Shown here: positions 1-10,901 of the stretch, in pieces
Layout: every line of letters begins with the position of its first letter
Position numbering within the stretch: the stretch's first letter is position 1
Assembly (NCBI GenBank): GCA_024346625.1
Contig: AP024665.1
Coordinates: 1,984,001-2,048,000, forward strand
Reading direction: 5' to 3'
Length of the DNA stretch: 64,000 nucleotides
DNA from: Williopsis jadinii
Taxonomy: Eukaryota
Notes under the pieces: model-generated
Seen by the model: only the letters and a program-made list of their open reading frames with translations
What the model was told of the DNA's origin: nothing
Databases searched by the model: none
Position numbers and translations under genes: made by a program

Positions 1-3000
1 ATAGGGCCATCAACGTCGTTCTCAGTATCAAGACCGCCAACGTAGAATGACTTGCATCCTTTTAAAGTGATCGGTCTACCAATGGATGCCAAAAATCTGT
101 CAAACTCAGCAGATCCCTTGGAGTTTCCAAGAATCTCCTGTTCGGTACTCTGACCTGGCCCAATGTAGAGCAATCCAACCTTGTGGAACTCAACAACAGG
201 AATGCGGTCAAAATTGTTCAAAGATCTCGTGAACTGAGAATCATCTGGGATTGGGATAGGTTTGATCGACCTTGACGTCTCTGGATGGACAACCAGTTGA
301 AGTAGCATGTAGTTAGCAGAAAACAAGTCCTCTCCGTCTGTTTTTGAGTGAAGTTGATTAGTGTAAAACGGAATCATAGATTCATCCGGTGTGATGCGGA
401 AAACTGAGAATCCAGATGCACGACGAACAGCAACTATGGATTCACCGGTTTTTGCATGAGTATCTATGGTTATAATACTATTACCATAAACCCACTTCGA
501 TGACAAGACAGGATCTTCAGATGCAAACCCTTGCGGTTTTATTGGTGAGAAACTCAACTCTAGATCTGAATAAGTGAAACGACTAATCAGATCAATAAAT
601 GACATGTTCTGGTTGTTGATCTCAGATCCACGGTTCGACTGAGATAGTATCAGGTTCTTGATAATGAAGGATGAGAGCTGGCGTCTATCACTCAAACGCA
701 TGTTCAAGAACCAATTGGCAATCACATCGTATGATAATGACAAAAGATATATGGAAATCACTGGCGTTACTTCAAAGTTTTCAGTTGAAGGGAGCAATTC
801 GGCCTCTAACTCTTCTCCGTGTGTCAAAATACCGTGATGCTCGTTGTCCTTTACCTCTGAAATATCGTGTGCATATTGAATCAGTTTAAATGTGATGCCA
901 AAGGCTCTTTTGAATTCATCCACAGTAAAGTTTGAGGTCAACGAAGGAATATAAGACAGTGCCAGGAGGAACTCTAAAATATGTGCACTTGCAAATGCAC
1001 TTGATATCCTTGTTTGCAATTTCGTCAATATCACCGAAAGGAACTTCTTCACGGACATTGGTAATTCATAGCAACAGATAGTCAAGATATGAACACATGG
1101 AATTGCCGTTTTCTCCCACGACGATAATCCGAACAAAAGGGCGTTGATGATTTGGTCCTCATCCTGTTTCGAAAACAGTGCGCTGTATGAGATAAGTGCA
1201 GTAAAGTTTCTGACAATAGCCACTTGTACATCCTGTTTGGTGGTGTGATCTGGTATACTCAAGCCTGATGGTAATTTCAATGTAAGTTGGTCGCACACCA
1301 ATGATCTGAATTTTCTGATACCATCACCACAGGATTCAAAAAGTGTTATATTTGAAAGTTGCGGACAAAAGTGCGAATAAATAAAGGAATAGATCTCCCA
1401 ATCTGGTGCAATTTCCAAGATTTGGATAACAATGGAGAGCCATAATTGAATATCGATCGTCGGTGTTGTTACCAACTTGTCTGAATTATAATCCATAATT
1501 GTCAATTCTTTAGAAGGTTGATCCAGTGTATCATGTGGTATAAATGAGATTTCCTCGGGGTATACCCATTTTTCGTCAAGACTCACAGATCCAGTTGCAT
1601 CGCTGGTCTTTCTCAAGTTCAGATTCCTGGAAAACGCAGCAGACAAACCATCCATATCCGTTGGATTTGTCAAATAAACCTGTTTCTTGGTTGACGCCCT
1701 AATTCTAACAAATAATCTCGACGTTGTCAACATCAAATCAACATTTTTTGTCTGCAAAGCGTGTTTCAAAACGTTTATAAGGAGATTGAATATGAATTGG
1801 GCCTTCTTTGCCTGTGTGCTTAAAGTCTTTGCAAAAAGTGTAACAAAGTTCTTGACGATAGCAAGGGTTGTCTGTTCAGGGAATGGTTTAACATCACTTC
1901 TATCCAGTCTTAAGCTGCTGAAACTTGAGGTTAAACTTGATCTCCTCTCTCTTGGTGTGGCTGCGCATAACCTTGGTAAAAAGTAACGCTCAGTTATTTT
2001 CTCAAACAATTCTGAAGGCAAAGTCAACGCGGATTGCAAATGATGTGACAAATACTGCTGAACAACTTCCGAGCTCGTTTCAAAGAGTAATCCGTCGAAT
2101 ATATAGTCAGATATTTCAAACAAAACAGTATCATCCCCATTCTGTACAAGATCTAATGCAGAGTCAAAGTTCTCATCTAGTAACTTAACACATGCCTTTC
2201 TCACGGTTACATCTTTGGACTCATCGTAATAAAAAGTGTTCAATAACAGCTCCAAATTTCCCTTCCAATTCTCGTTCAATGGGGAACAGAGGTTGTGAAT
2301 GCCGTAATATCTCAAGACGTCTATACAAGCCTTGGTCGAAAGATGTTTTGGATGTCTTAAGAAAAAAGTCACCAAATTTTTCAGGTTACCTGGGTACCTG
2401 GTTGTCTCTCCTAGATTTTGTAATGTAATAAGTGTAATCTTGAACAAATCTATTTCTTGATCCTTGGATAGTTTTGAACTGATAACAGACAAAAGATTCA
2501 ATATTGAATGATTCTCATCGTCCCAATTATGTGCGGGTATTTGATTCAGTGTGATGTCTGAAAGCAAAACGTCATTAACGAATTGAAGAGTAACAATCAA
2601 CAGATTTTGTTTGTTCCAACCAACGATTTCCTCTAGTGCAGATAGCAACGATGTTATATCGAACTGATATGCAAAGTTTGGAAATAGATATCCAATAACT
2701 TTCATTGCGCCAATGGATGCATTGATATTCTTATCGTTTCTAGAGTTGTGGCAGAGCACAATCTTCACAAGGGTAGAAATAACCAACGAAGATTGGACCC
2801 TGTTGATTAAATTCGTCACTACTGACGTTACCATGTCATAATAGTGCAAATCCAATATACATGCACCGCAAAGGATCTCCAAAGTTTCATACAGCAAACT
2901 CTGTGGCACTGTTTGGTACAACGCCACGGCATCCAGGGTCTGTATGCAATACTCTAATATGACACGATCCGACGTCTTCAGCGACAGTTTGATTATCAGC

Positions 3001-3638
3001 GATAAGATCTTGGACACGTACTCAACGACAGCTTCCGGTTGATCAATGTTGAAAATCCCCGATTTGATTGATTCTATCAAGAACTGGAGCAATTCCAAAA
3101 CCGTTGGTGATTTGACAAGGTCATTCGTCGACAATGCACTTGTAAAAAAATCCAGCAGCGGTTGTTTAAGAGACTCCTGGAAATGATGGATAAAAGTTCC
3201 ATTATCCGTCATGATCTTCAATATCTGGACAAAGCTTTGTAGCTCCGGATCGCATTTGCCCTTAGCGAACTGGCAATTCATCAAGGCATCTGTGAAGTAG
3301 ACGTATTGCGAGTTTGGATCGTCCGATGGTGAGCTCACACATTTGGTCAACAACGCTAATCCAGCCTTCCTTGTCGATTGTTGCTGACCCGGCGCGATAA
3401 GATCCTTCGCACAGTACCACACGTCGGGTATGCTCTGAGGGTAGAAATCATACAACGACTCTGCAATTTGGCCAGCTGCTCTCGCTCGTGTGCTAGTTGA
3501 TCCCGTCTGTAGCTCTTCAAACAGCTCCCTCTTCATGAGGTCATCGGTGACCGTCTCAGCAGAAATCTTCTGTCGGTCTCCATTGCTGTGTGACTTAAAC
3601 GTGCTCGTCAGTGATTTGAAGAAGCCGCCAGAGTCCAT
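1..3638 (-). CDS. TSC2: Tuberin / TSC2, Rheb GTPase-activating protein (3' end runs off the left edge)
   Basis: ATG at 3638 reads MDSGGFFKSLTSTF...IPDVWYCAKDLI..., and the same frame at the window edge gives Rap-GAP motifs KVGLLYIGPGQSTEQEILGNS and FYVGGLDTENDVDG. Absent from the ORF track, consistent with no stop inside the window. Confidence 0.88.
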   Translation of the reverse strand, partial: MDSGGFFKSLTSTFKSHSNGDRQKISAETVTDDLMKRELFEELQTGSTSTRARAAGQIAESLYDFYPQSIPDVWYCAKDLIAPGQQQSTRKAGLALLTKCVSSPSDDPNSQYVYFTDALMNCQFAKGKCDPELQSFVQILKIMTDNGTFIHHFQESLKQPLLDFFTSALSTNDLVKSPTVLELLQFLIESIKSGIFNIDQPEAVVEYVSKILSLIIKLSLKTSDRVILEYCIQTLDAVALYQTVPQSLLYETLEILCGACILDLHYYDMVTSVVTNLINRVQSSLVISTLVKIVLCHNSRNDKNINASIGAMKVIGYLFPNFAYQFDITSLLSALEEIVGWNKQNLLIVTLQFVNDVLLSDITLNQIPAHNWDDENHSILNLLSVISSKLSKDQEIDLFKITLITLQNLGETTRYPGNLKNLVTFFLRHPKHLSTKACIDVLRYYGIHNLCSPLNENWKGNLELLLNTFYYDESKDVTVRKACVKLLDENFDSALDLVQNGDDTVLFEISDYIFDGLLFETSSEVVQQYLSHHLQSALTLPSELFEKITERYFLPRLCAATPRERRSSLTSSFSSLRLDRSDVKPFPEQTTLAIVKNFVTLFAKTLSTQAKKAQFIFNLLINVLKHALQTKNVDLMLTTSRLFVRIRASTKKQVYLTNPTDMDGLSAAFSRNLNLRKTSDATGSVSLDEKWVYPEEISFIPHDTLDQPSKELTIMDYNSDKLVTTPTIDIQLWLSIVIQILEIAPDWEIYSFIYSHFCPQLSNITLFESCGDGIRKFRSLVCDQLTLKLPSGLSIPDHTTKQDVQVAIVRNFTALISYSALFSKQDEDQIINALLFGLSSWEKTAIPCVHILTICCYELPMSVKKFLSVILTKLQTRISSAFASAHILEFLLALSYIPSLTSNFTVDEFKRAFGITFKLIQYAHDISEVKDNEHHGILTHGEELEAELLPSTENFEVTPVISIYLLSLSYDVIANWFLNMRLSDRRQLSSFIIKNLILSQSNRGSEINNQNMSFIDLISRFTYSDLELSFSPIKPQGFASEDPVLSSKWVYGNSIITIDTHAKTGESIVAVRRASGFSVFRITPDESMIPFYTNQLHSKTDGEDLFSANYMLLQLVVHPETSRSIKPIPIPDDSQFTRSLNNFDRIPVVEFHKVGLLYIGPGQSTEQEILGNSKGSAEFDRFLASIGRPITLKGCKSFYVGGLDTENDVDGP

Positions 3639-4532
3639 CGTGTGTACCGCTCTCTCCTTGTGCGCTTGTGTGACTCAATAAACAATGCTAGATAAGCAGC
3701 AAAAAAAAGATGAAAAGCAAAAAAACAACCACTGTGTGTAGAGATTGGCCGCTTAACTTCTCTTGAAATAGGATCCAACACACTCTCTCTTCTTCTAGGG
3801 TGATAAAGCACTCAATGAGCGTGTGTTCAGCGGTGATTTATCCTAACCGCCCTGTTTGTAAACGTTGCCGCCGTGTTGTTCGACTTCAGCTTTTGCTCTT
3901 TATTTTTGGTGGGTTTGGGTTGTAGATTTTTTTTTGGGCCTCCTGCGAGTATTTTTTCTCTCTCTCTCCGCAGGGCCAAGCGCATAGGCAGCGAGGAAGA
4001 AAACGGAATTGTCCGAAGCTCTAACACCGGTTCTTCTTCGAATTAGTATCATTATCTCGTCATACTTGGTTGGTTTAAGCAGCTCTGATGGTACAATCCG
4101 GTTTGCTGGCTACAATTGGTGGTTACGCCCTTTCCAGCTGGCTCATTCGATGTGTTTTAAACGGGGTTGACGGGCGGAAATGGTGATAGTGTATATGACG
4201 TCATATCTAGTGGCATATATAGGAGTCGTGTTATTGGGTGGTAACTGGGGAAACGGCATTCGCAAAGACTCGATTCTCCTCCACCTCTGGTCATATACAA
4301 AATGGCCAATTCTTGGTCGATGGAGGTAGCAATTGACCAATTGGCAAAGTGCTGAGTCCATCTGCCCCAGAGCCAGCTCCTCATAGCATCGGTATTCCCA
4401 TTGTTCCAGTGTCCCGTTGGCTATCTCACGCTTTAAGCTGACGAATATTCGAGAAGGGGAACAGGAAAAAAGCTTTTTCCAGCGGACAGTTGCTCTACAA
4501 CATCCACCACGACACAGCGCTTCAACACAACA

Positions 4533-5957
4533 ATGCTGAAATCACAGGTAGGACGTGTTGCTCGAGTAATTAACCCAGCAAAGGTTCACAACTCGCGCTG
4601 GCAAGCCGTCCGCTCATCTTCACGCTACTCCGGGTATGGGACATATCCCCCACGTCGTAGCTGGACAAAAACCATGCTCACCTTGATTGGAGGATTGGGG
4701 GTTGTTGGTGGTGTGACCTGGTGGTTGTATTGGCCCCATCATACATTCAGCTCTTCAGTGGCGAAGATCCTGAGAAAGGGTCTCTGGGCTGAAAGTGACC
4801 GTGAGGGCAATGACTACAAAAAGGCCCTCGAGTACTACATCGAAGCGTTGCAGCTTGCACAGAGTGAGAATCTGGACCCCTTGAGCGACGAGTACACCGG
4901 GATCCAGTTGAAGATTGGCCAGATGTATGAACAGCTGAGTATGTTCCCCGAGGCGCTAATGATCTACACGGAGATTTGCTCGAACTACCTCGTTGCCTTG
5001 ACTACACCTGGTGCTGTGTCGAACTCATTGAGACCACATTTGATTCAAAAGGACCTGCGTGTTGTAATCAAGTGTGCACAGCTGAACACATCGGACCCAC
5101 AGATGTGTAAACTCATGCTGATGACCCATTTGCTGGTTGCTCAGGAGGAGGTTGCCAAAAAGAGTGCTGCAGTGGCAAAACTGATCTCAAGAGACTCGTT
5201 ACGCGCTGATCAAGAAGATGTCTCGATAACAAGCGATGCCAACACTGTTGAAGAATCTCTGAAGGATCCCACAAAGTTGCAGCTGAACAGAGGAGCCTGG
5301 GAACCGTTCCGTGATGAGCTGTTCAACGCCAGAGAGCTATACGTCGCTCTGTGCATCTCCACAGGTGACATCTGGACCGCAGCTCGTACCGCAACAGCAA
5401 CAGTTGCTTGGATGATCAACGCTGAGTGCTCCCCAGTACAGATCATAGAATGCCAGAACAACTTGGGATCCGTCTTGTTCTTGAACGCTGAGGCTCTGGG
5501 CAACAAGATATCCCAGGGAACCCGTTCCGGGATGGACGAATCGGAGCTCAACCAACTCAGACAAGGCCAGAAGCAATCGTTGAAGTCATCAGAGAAGTGC
5601 TATGAATCAGTGCTACAATTTTCTAAGAGGCTGCCTACGGAGATTCGCCGTGCAGAAGGAATGGAGGAGTCCATCGCATTGGCTACCTACTCTCTCGGCG
5701 TTGTAAAGCTACACAACGGTGAGCTAATACCTGCAAGAAACCTGCTGCGTGAGGCTAGACTCAGAGCAAAGGCTGCTGGGTACGAGGAGCTGATCCAGAA
5801 CGCTGAGAATGAACTCGGTAAAGTACGTGATGCCCTTGAAAAAACTAACCCGTCAAAGGAGTCCCCTTCCGATGCCAACCAGATAGAAGCACTGTTGGAG
5901 GCACACGATAAGGGCCCATCAGACTTCACTGTCGACGTTGCCAAATCAACTCGCTAG
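4533..5957 (+). CDS. MGR3: Mitochondrial i-AAA protease adaptor Mgr3 (TPR-like)
   Basis: 474-aa ORF with an Arg/Ser-rich presequence, one TM segment and YWPHHTF...ILRKGLWAE...DPLSDEYTGIQLKIGQMYE. Adjacent to OCT1, as the MGR3 paralogue YKL133C is in S. cerevisiae. Confidence 0.8.
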   Translation: MLKSQVGRVARVINPAKVHNSRWQAVRSSSRYSGYGTYPPRRSWTKTMLTLIGGLGVVGGVTWWLYWPHHTFSSSVAKILRKGLWAESDREGNDYKKALEYYIEALQLAQSENLDPLSDEYTGIQLKIGQMYEQLSMFPEALMIYTEICSNYLVALTTPGAVSNSLRPHLIQKDLRVVIKCAQLNTSDPQMCKLMLMTHLLVAQEEVAKKSAAVAKLISRDSLRADQEDVSITSDANTVEESLKDPTKLQLNRGAWEPFRDELFNARELYVALCISTGDIWTAARTATATVAWMINAECSPVQIIECQNNLGSVLFLNAEALGNKISQGTRSGMDESELNQLRQGQKQSLKSSEKCYESVLQFSKRLPTEIRRAEGMEESIALATYSLGVVKLHNGELIPARNLLREARLRAKAAGYEELIQNAENELGKVRDALEKTNPSKESPSDANQIEALLEAHDKGPSDFTVDVAKSTR

Positions 5958-6264
5958 GGCCTCTTCCTTTCGCCACACCCGGAACAGGACGAGAAATAAC
6001 CGCTTGAACTTGTATATATTGTATATGACACATATATCTGTGCTTCTTCCTTGTAATGTTGAGCCTGTCATTTAGTTGGTGATGTCCCCCTAGCGTTGAA
6101 ATTCGTAGGCGGAGACCTCCCCCCCCCCACCAGCCCGCGGCCCTCCAGGCAAGAAAATTTAAAACAGGCCTCTCGAGACTGTTTATGTCTTCAACAGCCT
6201 CGGACCGTCCCATTCAAAGCTCTGAATACGGCCTGCTGTTCAGTGTTCTCGTACGCCTCTTTCC

Positions 6265-8652
6265 ATGATGCAAGCATATAGGCCACGGTTACAAAGGGCT
6301 GCTCTTACCAGCTTACGGTGTCTATCAGCTGGGAAGGTGAGATGGCAACACCAATCTGTCCCATCATCCAGAGTCGTCGATGACGTTGGCGGCTTCAGCA
6401 AGTCGACGGAAGGGTCGGTTGCCGGCTCGCCGCTCATCACTGAGAACGAGACCATAAGAAAGGTTTTTGATGATGAGCTGTTCTGGACGAACTTCTGCAA
6501 GGAGAAGAACGGGGACTCGTTGTCAACGAGCTGGCTGCCAGCTGGAATTCTGGGCTCGTCACAGGGTAAGACTGGGCTGTTTCAGAACCCGTACCTGACG
6601 AGCGCATCTGGTCTGAGGAAGTTCAGTAAGGACTCGCTGAAGAAAGCAGAGGCTCTGTGTGCGCGGATGGTGTCGGATCAAAGTGACGAGGGCCTGAGAA
6701 ACTACATCACGAACCTGGATAAGCTGAGTGATATCCTGTGTCGTGTGATTGATCTAACTGAGTTCATCAGAGTTGCGCATCCAGACAAGCGGTACGTGAG
6801 TGCAGCGCAGGAAGTCCATGAAGAAATGTTCGAGTTCATGAACATGCTCAATACGAACGTGGACCTCTACAAGATTCTCAAGAAGGTACTCACAGAGGAG
6901 AAGATATACAGCCAGTTGTCCGAGGAGGAGATACAAGTGGGAAAGATTCTATTAGCCGATTTCGAAAAATCAGGCATCAACATGGATCCTGAGACGAGAT
7001 CGAACTTCATTGAGCTTTCACAACAGATTGCCATCTATGGACAACATTTTGCCAGTGGCACTGGACAACCAGCTACGGATTACGTGTCAATCCCGGTAGA
7101 TGACTTGAAGACGTTGGATAGATCCATCTTGAATCAGATAAAGATGGATATCACTAGAACCCACTATAAGATACCAAGTTGGGGCCATATCCCACATGCT
7201 GTGCTGAGGTCATCAGACAACGAGGCCGTTAGAAAGAAGGTCTGGATTCTGTTGCATAGTACTTGTGACAACCAGGTGAGAACCTTGGAAACTATGCTCA
7301 AGTACCGTGGTGTACTGGCACATATGCTAGGCAAGGAAAGCTTTGCTGCCTACCAGCTTGAAGAGAAAATGGCGAAGGAACCAGAGCACGTTATGAACTT
7401 TTTAAGCCGACTCGCAGAAGAGACGAAGCCTAAAGCCATCAAGGAAATACGTCCCCTTGCTGAACTGAAACAAAAATTGTTAGGTCAACATAAAGAGTTA
7501 AGTGATGAAGAGGTTGCTGAGTTCTTGAAACCTTGGGATCGTGACTACTTCGGTACATTGTATACAGCCAACCAACGCTCATCAAACCATGAAGCCATAA
7601 GTTCGTACTTTTCCCTCGGCTCCGTCATGCAAGGGTTGTCCAACCTGTTTAAGAAGATCTATGGTATCCAGCTTGTTCCAGAGAACTCCAAGCCAGGTGA
7701 GACTTGGAGTCGAGAGGTTCGTCGTTTGAACGTTGTTAGTGATACTGAGGGACTCATGGGTGTTGTTTACTGTGATCTGATCTATAGACAAGGAAAGACG
7801 CCTGCTCCTGCACACTTTACTGTGTGCTGCTCAAGAAATATCTACCCAGATGAATCAAAGGAGGATCTGGAATTGATTCAGAAGGGGTATTCACCTGTAA
7901 CTGGCGAAACGTTCCAACTGCCAGTGATATCTCTAGTGTGTGGATTTGAAATCAATTCAAACGTTGGCAAATGTTTACTCACACTCTCAGAAGTGGAAAC
8001 TCTATTCCATGAGATGGGCCATGCCATGCACTCTATGCTTGGAAGAACGGCGTTACATAACACCAGTGGAACACGTTGTGCGACTGATTTTGTTGAGCTT
8101 CCAAGTGTCTTGATGGAACACTTTGCAAGAGATCCAAGAGTCATTCAAACATTTGCAAGACATTACATGACTGATCACCCAATCTCTCTAAGTCTTCTCA
8201 CACAGGTTCAAAAGGAGAGTAAATTCCTGCAACATTGTGAATCGTATTCTCAGATAAAGATGGCTCTATTAGACCAGCTATTACATTCTGACGTTGTCCT
8301 TGCGGACAGCTTCGACTCATCCTCGCTTTACCACGGCCTTGAGAGTAAGCTCCGTGTCTTCTCTGATACAGAATCCAACTGGCACGGAAAGTTTGGTCAT
8401 CTCTTTGGCTACGGTGCATCGTACTACGCGTACCTCCTCGATCGTGCGATTGCTTCCAAAGTCTGGGAACATCTCTTTGTGAAAGATCCATTCAACAGAG
8501 TCAATGGTGAAAAGTTCAAGGAAAGCGTTCTCAAATGGGGTGGCTCGAAAGACCCATGGCTCTGCGTCTCAGACGTTCTTGATCAACCAGCCATTAAAGC
8601 TGGTGATGACAATGCCATGGTTCTTATCGGCGAAACCGATATTGATACATGA
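6265..8652 (+). CDS. OCT1: Mitochondrial intermediate peptidase (M3 metallopeptidase)
   Basis: 795-aa ORF with presequence, zinc motif FHEMGHAMH, TRCATDFVELPS and FGHLFGYGASYY. Confidence 0.95.
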   Translation: MMQAYRPRLQRAALTSLRCLSAGKVRWQHQSVPSSRVVDDVGGFSKSTEGSVAGSPLITENETIRKVFDDELFWTNFCKEKNGDSLSTSWLPAGILGSSQGKTGLFQNPYLTSASGLRKFSKDSLKKAEALCARMVSDQSDEGLRNYITNLDKLSDILCRVIDLTEFIRVAHPDKRYVSAAQEVHEEMFEFMNMLNTNVDLYKILKKVLTEEKIYSQLSEEEIQVGKILLADFEKSGINMDPETRSNFIELSQQIAIYGQHFASGTGQPATDYVSIPVDDLKTLDRSILNQIKMDITRTHYKIPSWGHIPHAVLRSSDNEAVRKKVWILLHSTCDNQVRTLETMLKYRGVLAHMLGKESFAAYQLEEKMAKEPEHVMNFLSRLAEETKPKAIKEIRPLAELKQKLLGQHKELSDEEVAEFLKPWDRDYFGTLYTANQRSSNHEAISSYFSLGSVMQGLSNLFKKIYGIQLVPENSKPGETWSREVRRLNVVSDTEGLMGVVYCDLIYRQGKTPAPAHFTVCCSRNIYPDESKEDLELIQKGYSPVTGETFQLPVISLVCGFEINSNVGKCLLTLSEVETLFHEMGHAMHSMLGRTALHNTSGTRCATDFVELPSVLMEHFARDPRVIQTFARHYMTDHPISLSLLTQVQKESKFLQHCESYSQIKMALLDQLLHSDVVLADSFDSSSLYHGLESKLRVFSDTESNWHGKFGHLFGYGASYYAYLLDRAIASKVWEHLFVKDPFNRVNGEKFKESVLKWGGSKDPWLCVSDVLDQPAIKAGDDNAMVLIGETDIDT

Positions 8653-8922
8653 TATCCTTTATTTATAAATACACATATTCATATGAATATACATATACAT
8701 ATCGTTACAACGGCCCGATTTTTGAATAGAACATATACCTCTTGAATATTGTACAGTGTCTTTGGTATCTCTACAAAGCATCTATGGACCCTAAATCAGT
8801 ACACCTAGGAGACCATGTAGGATGTTCGTTATAGACAGAGAATCTATATCTGTTAAGTAACTAGACAGTCTCGCTTAAGCTATCCATGCTAGTAAAGAGC
8901 ATATTTAAACTTTCAACAAAAA

Positions 8923-8993
8923 GCGCGAGTGGTTTAGCGGTAAAATTCCAAGTTGCCATCTTGGAGCCCCCGGTTCGACTCCGGGCTCGCGCA
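8923..8993 (+). tRNA. tRNA-Gly(GCC)
   Basis: Acceptor stem GCGCGAG/CTCGCGC-A, anticodon arm TCCAAG-TTGCCAT-CTTGGA, T-loop GGTTCGACTCC, followed by a poly-T Pol III terminator. Confidence 0.97.
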
Positions 8994-9834
8994 TTCTTTT
9001 TTTTTTGCTTTGATGAAAGCAGTAAATCCATCTGAAGCGCAATTGTGATGCGGTCCAATACGTTTAAACCACGACGTGAAGCCAAAACTGCTCTCAAAGC
9101 ACGCTATTGTAGTTTATGGCGCCAGCACTATTCCAATTGCAATCATATAGGCATGACTAGAGGGCCAGACGATGTATAATCCATAGATTGATTTTACACA
9201 GTGACAGCTTACAGAGTCTTAGTCACCTAATAATGGTATATCAGACGGTTCAAGCATTACAACTTGAGGTATTTCCATCTCGGAAGGGCTGTATAATCTT
9301 GCTCGAGAGGAATCAGTTCGTCAAACAGCCCCAACCTACTTCTAAGTTGTGAGCTGACAGAAACGTGGTCCCACAGTTTCTTTGTCTTTCTCTTCGAGCA
9401 ACCAGAAAAGCATGCTCTCAAATAGACTGACTTCCAATTCATATACTAATAAAGCTCTAAGAGACACCCCACACGCTTGTCGGATGTCAAATTCGCTTAA
9501 AAAATGCTCTAAGGGTAACACCTTGGGTTCTCGTAGATATGTTGTTATTTTTGAGCTCTAAAGCCTGAGATTTAGAAGAGCAAAAGGAGAATTGTTATCG
9601 TTCAATTGATGTTTTTACAATCTTGGAATATAATAGGAAACTCCAATGACTCAACTTAAATATAAGAACGCCCTAAAGTAATATCCTCTAGAGGACAAGA
9701 CAACTGGAGGTTGAACTGAAGGTTGAATTGGAGGCCGTTCGAAATCTCACAATCATTATGATCGTGTTTCGGGCAATCATTAGTGGTCTTAAGTCTCAGT
9801 CTGAGATAGTCCACTTCTTTCGTTTTCACCGAAC

Positions 9835-9907
9835 GGGCGAGTGGCGTAGTTGGTAGCGCGCCTGCCTTGCAAGCAGGAGGTCATCGGTTCGACTCCGGTC
9901 TCGTCCA
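9835..9907 (+). tRNA. tRNA-Ala(TGC)
   Basis: Acceptor GGGCGAG/CTCGTCC-A with a G3:U70 pair, anticodon arm CCTGC-CTTGCAA-GCAGG, T-loop GGTTCGACTCC, poly-T terminator. Confidence 0.97.
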
Positions 9908-10901
9908 TTTTTTTTTTGGGATTTACAACCGAACCTCCACTAACATTAACAACAACGCAGTGTTATAATAAATCGTAATCCGAATCATGGAAAGTTTCCA
10001 GCCATTTTACATAGTACTGAAACACATCTAATAAGGCCTATGCTGGGTTTTTTAGCCTAATCTTCACTTATCAACACAAATAGCTAGCAGAGGTGTTTGA
10101 GGTGGAGAGTTGGACCTGTTCTCATCATCGCTTTCGGAGTGTCATTAGATTCAACAAAATGGATATCCTGCCTGTGGGATTTGAAAACAAATGTTGTAAA
10201 CAAAAGAGGACGAGATAGAAAAAGTGGTCAACCAGTGTTGAGAGTACTGGCATTTGCAGAGGCATTGTATGGATAAATGTCGGAGCAAAGTGCTCTATGT
10301 AAGACTTTAAACCTAGATCAGCGTTTGGGAGCTAGAATTGAAGCCTTCAAAGCAATGTCGCAAAATTAATATTCAACGTTGATAAGACCATCCTATGAAA
10401 CTTTCTGCTAACTGGCTGAAACTGTCATTTCATTAATTTGATTATACCAATTAATTATTATATGATATGAGGAAGCCAATGATAAGTCCATTTCTTATCA
10501 GAAATATTGATAAGCTAATTTTTTTTAAAAAAAATTAACAAAACATTATTGAGTAATAATTAATAATTAGTGCTTTGTTTTTAATAAAAGTTCATTATAA
10601 TCGAACCCATGCTTCAGTATAATGTAAGAATTGAGTAACTAATTTGAACTTATCCTACAATCTATTCGGAACTCACGTGGACTGGGAAATAGTGACATCT
10701 GGTACCTTAAAAAAGCACGATTCAGCACTGTGATACACTTTCAGGCATACTACAGGTCTCTACAATAGATCCATATTATGTATTCACCATCGCATTGTCA
10801 TACAGAATCTGTTGGTTAAATAAAATCAATGTTATTGGCATATACACATTATAAAGTTGAATAGAAACAGCCTGCTCCTTTCTTTTATTAGCTCGTCCGC
10901 T

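Noticed and set aside
4020..4450. TSC2-MGR3 intergenic stretch with faint resemblance to RNase P RNA ends
   Set aside because: Conserved RNase P/MRP core motifs were not found on either strand.
9000..10380. tRNA-flanking DNA as possible LTR or retrotransposon relics
   Set aside because: No TG...CA bounded repeat, primer-binding site or gag/pol motif could be supported by eye.
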